Positions 25,267 to 36,371 are shown, counted from the stretch's first letter. The stretch: DNA of 64,000 bases from an uncultured Mycoplasmataceae bacterium (GCA_947429165.1 CANEON010000001.1:237021-301020); one strand, 5' to 3'. Notes: generated from the sequence alone by a model not told the origin. A program made the numbers and translations.

Positions 25267-28200
25267 TTAACATGTAACATTGACAGCTGGCGCTAATACG
25301 AATTGTTGATTTTCCGGTGTAACAAATTTATAAATTATGTTATTGTTTGAAATGCCAAAAGTAAATTTAACATCATTCTCACCCATCATAGAATCAGCTC
25401 ATCATCCGTCTCCTTCTTTTTTGAAAACTTCATCGTCTAAAGCTCTGCGAAAACTTATGTTTATAGTAATCGAAGATGTAGATCTATCATAGTTATATGT
25501 TATATCTAAAAATTCATCAATTAATAGCGACCCGTCTCTACCGTTTTTTGTTCACTTGTAATCTGTTTTTTTGACTTGATCTGCAGCATTTCTTAATTGT
25601 ATACCGGTTCAAGTCATCTCCACAACAATTTGTGAATTGTCATCATAGTTAATGTTATCCCCTGTTAGTGTTAATGTGTATTCTGAATACTCCCAAGTCG
25701 GTTCTCCTCTGTGTATGTATATAGCATTCGTAATGTTGTCATTTTCAAAATATTCTTCTGTGTAATTGGTTACAGAAGGTTGATTACCATCAACAAAAAT
25801 AACTGTTAATGTTAATGAATCTGTTATTGATTCGTCAACTGCAGATTTTGCAGTAATTGTAATTGCTGCTTCGCTTGTTGCACCACTATATGCAGATCAA
25901 GATAGAACACCATTTGATGAACCTATATTAAACAAATCAGGAACAAGTGGACATTCTAGAGACCATTCAACTTTTTTAAATTCATCTGATGCTGTACCTT
26001 CGGTTTTTACACTAAACGGAACTAAATATTCTCCTTCGACATTTTTTTGAATATAAAGCACATCACTTCCAGTTCAATTTATCTTAATAGCAGTTAGTCT
26101 TTCTTGAATAGTTAATGAGAAACATTTTGATGCAGAAATTCCATATTTTCTAGATGTTACATTAACAGTGAATTCATAATTATCACATTTACTTGTGCCT
26201 GGTCATTTAATTTTTCTTTGTGCGCTGTCAAATTCTACCACACTACCAGATTGACTAATACTTCATGTAAGATCACTGTAATCGGTTGGAATGTCTATAG
26301 GATCAAATGATGCAGATAGAACATCTGAACTACCTTCTGTACCGACAACACCTGTCAAGTTTGTCTCTCCATCATAATCTATTGATAGTGATGTTGGTGT
26401 TAAAGCTGCCAATGTTAATGTAAATATATCTGAATCAATATTAATTCCTGTTGATGCGCTTGTTGCATTAATTTTAAATGTTACTATAGTTTCATCAATT
26501 GAATCCATATATGATTTTCATTGAATTTGTCTAGATTGGTTTACAAAAACCAAATCTGAAGATGTTAAAACGCCATTAATTCTTAATTCTTTTACTCTAT
26601 ATACAACATCTGATACAGTTTCAGTATATGATGGTGTTATTAATGAAATTGCTTGTGTAGAAGTTCCTGCTTCTCTAACTTTTCCTGAAAGCGAAGTGCT
26701 TATTGAGTTAAATTCTACATCATCTAAATTCGGATCAACATTCGGTTTTTTAAGCACAAGTGTTATAACAGATGATGAAGCTCAATCTACTGTTGAACCT
26801 GTAGCGGTTGGCTTAGCTTGAATTTTAAATCTAAGGGTTAATTGTTGGTTTTCGTTGCATGATCAAGTTAAATTATTTCCTGATACAGCAAGTGACACGT
26901 TTGATACTTCTCTATTTAAGTCAACATCTCAAAATCTAGTTTGGAATCCTTGGTCTGCATATTGAGAATTAACCTTTATATTAACTCCAGAAGCTTGACC
27001 GTTTCTGTGGATGTATCCTTCAATTTGAGAGGCTCCATTTCATTCACAAGTAATTGATTCTGGTAAAGGTTGTTTTAAGTTTAAAGTAATTGTTTTTGGT
27101 GAACTTGATACATCACCACATTTACCGACAACCGTAATTGTGCCAGTAGTAGCGCTAGTAATGTTTGTTGCATCTCAAGATAATATACCAGTGGTTTGGT
27201 TAATTGAAACATTTGCTGTTGCCAAAGAACTACTAGCTGTAACAACGAATTTTCTTTCTCCTATAGCATAAGATGGAGTTACTCCTAAAGTAAACGGTTT
27301 ATCTAATGAGCCAGTTTTTGAATAATCTGCATTGATTGTTGTTGCGCCGTTATATATAAGATCAACAGAACTTGCTGCTGCACCTTGCATAGATAAAGTG
27401 AAATGTAATGAATTACTTTCAACATTAGATGCTTTTGCAATTACATCAAATTCAACTGCTGAATTATCTCCTAAATCAGAAGCATAAATAGCTGGTCACG
27501 AAATTTTACCATCAGCAGTTATATTAATTTGCTTAGAAATATTTAGATTTTTAATTTCATAAGATGTTGTTATTCCTGGGTCTACGTCTGTAGGATTAAT
27601 TTGGTAAGAAAGGGCTTGAGTTGTTGTACCAGATTCACCTTCAGTTATAGTAAAGTTCTTCTCTCCAGGATAACTTAATGTTATATTTTGAATTGGATTG
27701 TAAGCGATAACTAGAGTAACGTTTTTCTGTTCACTAATAATATCTGTATCCTTTATCTTAGCAGATACACTAAAACTGTATGTCCCTACAGCGCTATGTG
27801 CTTTTCAATTAATGTATCCATCTGAATCAACAGATATTCAATCACTATAGTTTGTAACAATGTATTCAACTTCTAAGTTTGGAGAATAGTTTGATCCTTG
27901 TATTTGATATGAAAATTTATTAGTAGATTTTCCAGATTTATTGATAAAACCTTTAGTAGTAATAGGTGTGGTGCCATCTCATGAGATCGAAATGCCAGTC
28001 GGTTGTTCGTAGTGAGTTTCATATATAAAACTTACAGTATTTGCAGCACGAATTTCAGGCATTTCTTTAATACGTGCCACTATCCAAAAATCAACTCTTC
28101 CTTCGGTAGGACGAGATTTAAATTTAAGTTTATTATCTGAAGTAAGTTCAACATAATCTTTGATATTGCTAGTGTTTGATTGTATTATGAATTCAACATG

Positions 28201-29415
28201 TAAGTCAGGGGAACAATCAGCAGCATTTTTTATTACACCAGTACAATATCCTTCTGATGTTTTTTCTGTATTTACTGGTAAATCAAATGTACAACCTTCT
28301 GATGATGGTTTGTTTCAAGTTCATTCTATCCCTGTCGGTTGTTGATAATTTAATGAAAGAGTAAATGTTTTGGTAGCTTGTAAATTAAATTGATCACATT
28401 CAGCTTTAATTGTAAAACTGTAATTTTGGATATATGAATGTGAATCTCACGATATAACGCCATTGTTAACACGAATAAAACTTGCAGCATCACCCATAAC
28501 ACTTCATCTAATAGAGTCTGCAACTGGTTGTTTTGCATAACTTGGGCTAGAAACTAACGTTAGTCTGTTTGTATCAGATCCAGCTTTATTAATAGACCCA
28601 GTTAAACTAGTTGAAGTTCCTGAATAATTAATTTGTATAGATTGTGGTTGTGGAAGATCTAGAGTTAATTGAAAATATTCCTTATCTGTCATTCCACTAT
28701 CTGTGTGTGTTGCAACAACTTGGAAAGTAACAACTTTTTTTACAGAAGAGTTAACAGCGTTTCAACCAACATATTTTTTTCCGTTTTTTTCAACGATTTT
28801 AACTATCCCAGTTTCACTTTCACTACCAGAAAGTATATTTATAGTTGAACTTTGGTCAGCATCGGCTGGTAAAATCTCTGTTTCTAGAGCTTGTGCTTCG
28901 TAAACACCAGCTTGATGAACAAAACCTGATATTTTGTGAACTCCTTTTTCTGGTCACTTTAAATCAAAGGTTGTTGGGCTTGGTTTGTGGAGATTTAAGA
29001 TAAATGATAGTGTTTCAGACTTTACATCTGGATAATTAACTGAATATGCGTATACATCAAAATGAATAATTAAATTTGGGTCGCTTGGAAGTTTACTTCA
29101 AGAAATAATTCCGTCATCATTTACACTAAATTTAACATTTACATTTTCAAGAACATCAAAATGATAGGTAACATTCTTATCAACATCCCCTTCTCCATCT
29201 ATATTGCATATTAAATGACCATATTGGTAATTACCTTCTCTATTAATTGTTCCTGGTAACTTTTTTTCTTGTGATCCGCTTCACGATAAATCAATTTTTG
29301 ATGGTTTTGTTAATTTTGAACCAACTAATGTAGAATAGATAATTCCACCAACAGCAACACTCATAACAAGAGTAATGCTTGATATTCATCCGACTAATTT
29401 TTTTCAATTTTTCAT
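25267..29415 (-). CDS. giant (1382 aa) membrane-anchored surface protein with about 12 tandem Ig-like (Big_2-like) repeats
   Basis: Start MKNWKKLVGWISSITLVMSVAVGGIIYSTLVG (signal anchor, no lipobox). Track ORFs 28504-28692, 27175-27390, 26518-26757 and 26263-26508 are all in the start frame. Same repeat pattern as 14543-18740. Ends ...APAVNVTC*. Confidence 0.75.
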
Positions 29416-29467
29416 ATTCATTTTCCTCAATATATATAACACTATAACACTATTTTTTAAAGGGGAC

Positions 29468-29496
29468 AAAAAAATCCACATTTAGTGGATTTTTGT
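29468..29496 (-). terminator. rho-independent terminator after the YiiX-like lipoprotein gene
   Basis: aaaaatccac-attta-gtggattttt hairpin followed by a T-run on the minus strand. Confidence 0.55.
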
Positions 29497-29509
29497 TTTG
29501 CTGTTTTAA

Positions 29510-30784
29510 TTACTTAAGGAAGTTTCAGCCAATAATTGCTTTTGCATTATTGTAGTAAAGAATTTCTCAAGGTAAAATTCCCGGAATGTCAGCTGCATAG
29601 TAATCATTAGATTGAATATCAATACCTTGATTCATGTAACCTGCTCATACTAATTCTGAACAATATCAAGCGCCAGCATCTGCATCTACATCTTCACTTA
29701 AGAAAATAGGAATATTGTAATTTTTACCTAATTGTGATTCACAGAATTGTGTTGCAGCTTCTATTTGTTCGTCGCTTGCATCACTAATGCGAAGAACTGT
29801 CATTTGATCTTTAACCATTCTTACATCATCTAATAAACCATATGAAACACCAAATTGGTTAGCTTCAACAACACGTAAATATTGAACTACTTAATCTGTT
29901 CCTTGAACTTTTGCATTGTATCATCCATCAACAATAGCACAGTGTCCAGAGTAGTGACCACCTAAAGCAAAGCCTTGAGCAGAGAATACTACATCACCAC
30001 GTTTAACGTTATCTCATGCATATTTATTTGTATATGTTGGGGTATCTAATAATTCATATGTACCTTGAATTCTTTCACCATTTTTGTGGTTAAAGTCTAA
30101 TCCAGTATAGTAAGTGTCACTATATACACTGAAAATTAATTCTCAAGCTTTTTCTTTAGCTTGTTCACCTTCACCAAATAATGGGTATAAGATTCCTTCA
30201 AAAATATCTTGTAATGATCAGTTGTTCTTAGCATATTTTTCTAAATCTATTTGTTTAGTTAAAATGCCTTCTCACAAATTAATAAAGTGATTAATTTTTT
30301 CTTCACCAAACAAGAATTGAACAAATTGGTTTTCGCATACTTTATTAATAGCATTCATGATGTCATCATGAAATAAAACAAGAACTTCTTGAAAAATTTC
30401 TAATGGATCTTGTCATTCTTCAACATCTGGAGTTTTTGAAGTGATTGTTTGTAAAACGGGTTTAATATTTTGTTCAAGTAAATTAAACAATTGTTGAGCA
30501 TATCCTTTGTATACTTGGGGAACATTTCTATTAGCAGAAATAACTTCTACAAGTTGAGCAGCTACAGTTTCAAATTGGTCTGCCATTTTCATAACAACAT
30601 CTTTTACGTCGTATGGTTTGTAATCAGTAACACTTTTTTTGTTAGCAAAATTACTATTCAAAACTACTTGTTTGTTTTGATCATTAGTTGTTTTGCTGTA
30701 ATTAATAGCAGTAGCAGGAATTGCTGCTGCAATACCTAATCCGCAAGATGCTAAAAGAATACTTTTAAAGATTTTTTTATTCAT
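29510..30784 (-). pseudogene. lipoprotein with C-terminal permuted papain-like amidase (YaeF/YiiX, C92-like) domain, interrupted by an in-frame TAA
   Basis: MNKKIFKSILLASCGLG lipobox. The C-terminal region GDVVFSAQ...GHCAIVDG...VVEANQFGVSYG...QLGKNYNIPIF...WYCSELVWAGY matches the YiiX-type order of motifs. In-frame TAA at 29891-29893, checked codon by codon; 126 codons follow in the same frame to TAA at 29510. Confidence 0.65.
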
Positions 30785-30910
30785 ATTATTTCCTCTCTTT
30801 TGTATTTCTACTCTTATATTAACACTAATTCGAAAAAATAAAGTAACTTTTATTATTTTTTTATTACTTCTTATAACTTATAAATATTATTTATAATTTA
30901 TCTATTAACA

Positions 30911-31507
30911 ATGAAAAATATTGCAGTTTTTGTCTCTGGTGGTGGAACTAATTTACAAGCAACCATCAATGACGCTAAGAAATCTAAATTTTATAAAGTT
31001 TCATTAGTAATTTCTAATAAAGATAATGCTTATGGGCTAGTTAGAGCTAAAAAGGCTAACATACCTAATATATGTATAAAAAGCAAAGATGTATCGAAAA
31101 TATTAACAACATTATCTAAATATAAGATTGATTACATTGTATTGGCTGGTTACTTAGCAATAGTGGATCCTAAAATTATTAAAAAATATCCAAACAAGAT
31201 TTTAAATATCCACCCTTCATTAATTCCTTCTTTCTGTGGTCCGGGCATGTATGGAATTCATGTGCATGAAGCAGTAATTAAATCTGGAGTTAAAACGAGT
31301 GGATGCACAACTCACTTTGTAAACGAAAGGGTTGATGGTGGTGCAATAATTATGCAAAAAACAGTCCCTGTATATTATGAAGACACACCTGAAATTCTTC
31401 AAAAACGAATATTAAAATATGAACATCAAATATTGGTTAAATCAATCAACTTGTTAGTAACAAATAAATTAAAGGTAATAAACGGAAGGACAAAAGTATT
31501 AAAGTAA
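30911..31507 (+). CDS. purN: GAR formyltransferase
   Basis: 198 aa with [14 protein letters not shown]...[12 protein letters not shown]....HEA... motifs. Confidence 0.92.
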   Translation: MKNIAVFVSGGGTNLQATINDAKKSKFYKVSLVISNKDNAYGLVRAKKANIPNICIKSKDVSKILTTLSKYKIDYIVLAGYLAIVDPKIIKKYPNKILNIHPSLIPSFCGPGMYGIHVHEAVIKSGVKTSGCTTHFVNERVDGGAIIMQKTVPVYYEDTPEILQKRILKYEHQILVKSINLLVTNKLKVINGRTKVLK

Positions 31508-31509
31508 TT

Positions 31510-33015
31510 ATGAAAAAAAGAGCATTAATAAGTGTATTCAAAAAAGATAAAGTATTAGAACTTGCAAAGTTCTTAATTTCTCATGATGTTGAAGTTGTTT
31601 CAACTGGTGGAACTTTTAAATATTTAAAAGAAAACAATGTACCGGTAACAGAAATTAGTGACATTACTAATTTCCCCGAAATGTTAGATGGTAGAGTAAA
31701 AACTTTACATCCTAATGTTCATGGCGGAATTTTAGCCATTAGAGATAACAAGCAACATATGAACACAGTTAATAAACATAATATTGGTTTAATTGATTAT
31801 GTTGTTGTTAACTTATATCCTTTCTTTGAAAAAGTTAAGGAAAACTTAACTTTTGAACAAAAAGTTGAGTTTATTGATATCGGTGGCCCAACCATGTTAA
31901 GATCTGCAGCCAAAAACTTTAAAGATGTAACTGTTATTTGTGATCCTGATGATTACGAATTAGTAATGAATGAAATCGCTAACAATGGATCAACTTCAAT
32001 TGAAACAAGACAAATGTTAGCATCTAAGGTATTTAATTTAACAACTGCATATGATGCAGCTATTTGCAATTTCTTATCTAAAGACGAATTCCCTAAATAT
32101 CTTTCTGTTTCATATGTTAAGAAGCAACCTCTAAGATATGGTGAAAACCCTCATCAATCTGCTTGCTTCTACGAAGATACCGTAAGAAAAGGAGCGATGA
32201 ATAGTTTTGAAATTCTTAACGGTAAACAACTATCATATAACAATTTCAAGGATGTTGATATTGCTTGAAAATCAGTTTGTGAATTTGAACCAAGTGAATA
32301 TGCGTGTTGTGCATTAAAACACAATACCCCTTGTGGTTTTGCTATTGGTTCATCTGTATATGATTCATATATGAAAGCATATAATGTTGACTCTACTTCA
32401 ATCTTTGGTGGTATTGTTGCATTCAATAACACCGTTACAGCAGATGTTGCTACAGAAATGTCTAAAATCTTTTTAGAAGTAATTTGTGCTCCTGAATATG
32501 AACCAGAAGCTCTTGAAATTTTAAGAAAGAAAAAGAATTTAAGAGTTCTTAAATTTCACTCTAAACCAACTAACACTCATGCTTATATTAGTGTTGATGG
32601 TGGAATTATGGTTCAAAGTGAAGACTTAAATTCAAAAGAAGAATACAAAGTTGTAACTAAACTAGCACCAACTGAAGAACAATTGAAAAATCTTAAGTTT
32701 GCTATGAAAGTAGTTAAATACGTTAAATCAAATGCTATTGTTGTTGCAAATAATGGTGTTGCTTGTGGTATTGGTGGTGGACAAGTTAATAGAATTTGAC
32801 CAACTCAAGATGCTCTAAGACGTGGTAAGGGTGCAACCGTATTAGCATCTGATGCTTTCTTCCCATTTAGAGACGTTGTTGATACATGTGCTAAATACGG
32901 AATTAAGGCAATTATCCAACCAGGCGGTTCATTAAGAGACCAAGAATCAATTGATGCATGTAATGAACACGGTATTGCAATGATATTTACAGGAGTAAGA
33001 CACTTTAAACACTAA
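31510..33015 (+). CDS. purH: bifunctional AICAR formyltransferase / IMP cyclohydrolase
   Basis: [13 protein letters not shown]...STGGT...[14 protein letters not shown] and C-terminal [11 protein letters not shown]. Pieces are in frame across TGA at 32266 and 32797. Confidence 0.93.
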
Positions 33016-33017
33016 TT

Positions 33018-34265
33018 ATGAAAATATTATTAATAGGATCAGGCGGTCGTGAACATGCATTAGCATGGAAGATGGCCCAAAATAAAAAAGTTACAAAAAT
33101 TTATGTTGCTCCAGGAAATGCTGGGACAGCTACAGAAAATAAATGTGAGAATGTAGCTTTACATTCTAACAGCGAATATGTTAAGTTTGCTAAAGCAAAC
33201 AAAATTGATTTAACTGTTGTTGGCCCTGAAGTTCCGTTAGTAGATGGAGTGGTAGATTTATTTAAGAAAAATAAGTTAAAAATCTTTGGACCAAATAAAA
33301 AAGCAGCTCAATTAGAAGGTAGTAAAGTTTTTGCAAAGAAATTTATGCAAAAACACAATATTCCTACTGCAAAGTTTGGTAGTTTTACAAATCCAAAATC
33401 TGCTATTAAATATTTAAAAGAGAAATGCGATTTTCCAATAGTTATTAAAGCTGATGGACTAGCAGCTGGTAAAGGTGTAGAGATTTGTCCTAATTTAAAA
33501 TCGGCTATCAACTGTATTAATGAATTTATGGTTAAAAATATCTTTAAAACAGCAGGTAGTAAAGTTGTTATTGAAGAATTCTTAGAAGGGCCAGAAGCTT
33601 CTATTATTTGTATTACTGATGGTAATACAATATATCCTTTTATTTCTTCAAAAGATCATAAACAAGTATTTGATAACGATAAAGGTCCTAATACTGGTGG
33701 TATGGGCGCCATATGTCCAAACCCTTATGTAACAAAATCTGTTTTGAACGATTTTGTCAAACAAATAATGTTACCAACATTAAATGGTCTTAAAAAAGAC
33801 AAGATTGATTTTATGGGTTTTATTTTCTTTGGAATTATGATTACAAAGAAAGGACCTAAACTTCTTGAATACAATGTAAGAATGGGCGATCCTGAAACAG
33901 AATCTATTTTACCATTGCTTAAGAATGATTTAGTTGATGTATTTAATAAAGCGCTAAGTAAAAAATTAAAAGATGTTAAATTATCTTGAGAAAAGAAAGC
34001 ATCAATTAATGTTGTTTTATGTTCTAAAGGTTATCCAAAAAAAGCAGAAACAGGAAAAGAGATTAAGATTAAAAAATTAAAAAATTCTAAAATTTTCTTT
34101 GCAGGTACTAAACTTGAAAATAAAAAACTAATCACAAGTGGAGGAAGAGTTTTATCTGTTGTTTCTACAGGAAAAACTTTATCTGAAGCTACAAAAAAAG
34201 TTTATGCTGACATTAAGAACATAAACTTTTTTGGAATGCATTATCGTAAAGATATTGATAAATAA
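33018..34265 (+). CDS. purD: GAR synthetase
   Basis: MKILLIGSGGREHALAWK...VIKADGLAAGKGV...NVRMGDPETE. Continues across TGA at 33987 to TAA at 34265. Confidence 0.93.
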
Positions 34266-34345
34266 AATTTTAAATTGTTACAAATTAAGGTATTCACTTT
34301 ATATGCAGGTTTCTAAATGAATTTAAAATTTTATAATAAATTCCA

Positions 34346-36300
34346 TTAGGACTTAGCAGTTCAATCGTTGTCGTTTATGAAACTACATTTTTCTTTAAGT
34401 CAATCTAATAAATTTTGTGAACTAACTGAGCTATTTAAAGATTCAACTTTTCCTGTTGTTGCATTTTCATTAAAACATCATCGAGAATTAATCGTTACTG
34501 CGAAAGAAGAAGGTATATCTCAAGCAATATAGTTCAATAACGGATTTTCACTAAATGCAAAACCACCAATATAATTTAATTTTCTTGGAAGAATTACAGA
34601 GGTTAATGATTGATTTTCCGAAAAGGAATAACTACCAATTGATGTTAAATTAACACAATTTGACAAATCAGCAGAAATTAATCCTGTACGCATAAAAGAA
34701 TAATCATCAAGTGATGTTAAACTTTGTGGAAGATTTATAGTTTTCAATGAGGTACAATCAGTAAAAACAAAAGAATGAATCGTTTTTAAATTATTAGGTA
34801 ATTTAACATCGGATAATAACGTACATCCTGAGAAGGCGTGTGTATAAATTGCAGTTAAATTATTACAATTTGATAAATCAACAGAAGCTAATGAAGTGCA
34901 TGAGTCAAATGCATATTGCCCAGTAATTTCAGTGAAACTACTTGGAAATATTACAGAAGTTAGAGACTGGCATTTATAGAAAGCGTATCCACCAATTGTA
35001 GAACAAACTGAACCTTCGGCAAAAGTTAATTTTGTAATAAATGATGGAATAGTTGATTCTCAATTTTTATAAAAAGCACCATCATCAATACTTGTAACAT
35101 TTGCTGGGATTTCCATTGTGTCAGATAATCTATATGCACTTGGATTGGCTAAAAATCCAGCAGTAAATCCTTTTAATACATTGTTTTCAATAATATAAAC
35201 ATCATCTGGTAATTCAGGATCTGGTAATCAACTTTCTGGCAATCCACCATTATTTACTAAATATTGAAGTAAATCTACACCATCATATTCACTAGAGCTG
35301 GTTACGACAACTGTTCCTTTAGAAGAAACACGTAAGAAAGAAGAATTAACTAGACTAGTGTTGCCATCTCAAGCATCTCATGTAATACTATTTAAATTAG
35401 GGCAATCTGAAAAAGTGTTATAACTTAAAGATGTCAAACTACTTGGTAAAGATATTGAAGTTAATGAGTTACAAAATCTAAAAGCTTGTTGTCCAATTGA
35501 AGTTAAATTAATTGCATTTTCAAGATCAACAGAAGTTGATAATAGTGGACAATGACTAAAAGCTGAATTTTTAATTTTGGTTAAACCTGTGCATTCTGAA
35601 AAGTTGACAGAAGTTAATTGGTCACAATAGGTAAAAGCTTGTGCTCCGATTATTTTTAAACTACTTGGTAAAGTTACTGAACTTAATGTTGAACAATTAC
35701 CAAAAGCAAAACCATTAATTGAATCTAAAATAGCACAATTTGATAAGTTAGCTGAAGATAATTTTATGCACGCAGTAAAAGCATCTTCACCAATTGAAGT
35801 CAACTTAATTGCATTTGAAAAATCAACTGAAGTTAATGTAGAACATTCTTCAAAAGCAGAATCTTGAATTGTTATTAAAGCACTTGGTAATTTTACAGAA
35901 GTTAATGAAGATGATCTGAATGTATCATTACCAATTGAAGAACAATTAGACCCATCAGCAAAAGTTAATTTTGTAATAAATGATGGAATAGTTGTCTTGT
36001 ATTCTGTATCATCATAAAAAGCAAACCCATTAATACTTGTTACATTAGCTGGGATTTGCATAGTGTCACACATGTCATAAGCAGTTGGATTAGCCAAAAA
36101 TTCTTTAGTGAAACCCATCAAAACATTGTTTTCAATAATGTAAACACTTTTTGGCAAAACATTTGGATCAACCGGTTCATCTCCACCATTTTTTTCTAAA
36201 ACAGAATAAATTATTCCGCCTACGCCAACTGCAAGTGTAGCTATTATTCCACTACATAATACAATCAAATTTAGTAATTTCTTGTTTAACTTTTTTTCAT
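34346..36300 (-). CDS. BspA-type leucine-rich-repeat surface protein with internal two-module duplication; the ATG is out of frame (A7 tract)
   Basis: Track ORFs 35378-36268 and 34520-34747 share a frame, and I walked the whole stretch codon by codon across TGA. There are two modules, each starting VYIIENNVL.GFT..FLANP.AY...M.IPANVTSI followed by LRR_5-like repeats (C.SLTSV.LPSSL..IG..AF). ATG(36300)+A7 hits TAA after 4 codons; A8 would give MKKKLNKKLLNLIVLCSG.... The only in-frame start as read is the TTG at 36268. Confidence 0.75.
36291..36297 (-). repeat. poly(A)7 tract (T7 on + strand) immediately after the start codon of the LRR gene
   Basis: Counted in the block tttttttcat (36291-36300). 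Confidence 0.75.
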
Positions 36301-36371
36301 ACTTATTCCTATATTAATAAATATTTTAGTCTTTTTTTGTAACAAAAATTAAAAAGTAAGATTATGAAAAT

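Noticed and set aside
34266-34332. Inverted repeat aattttaaatt ... aatttaaaatt after purD, considered as a terminator.
   Set aside because: The arms are A/T only, the loop is about 40 nt and there is no T-tail. It is too weak to call.
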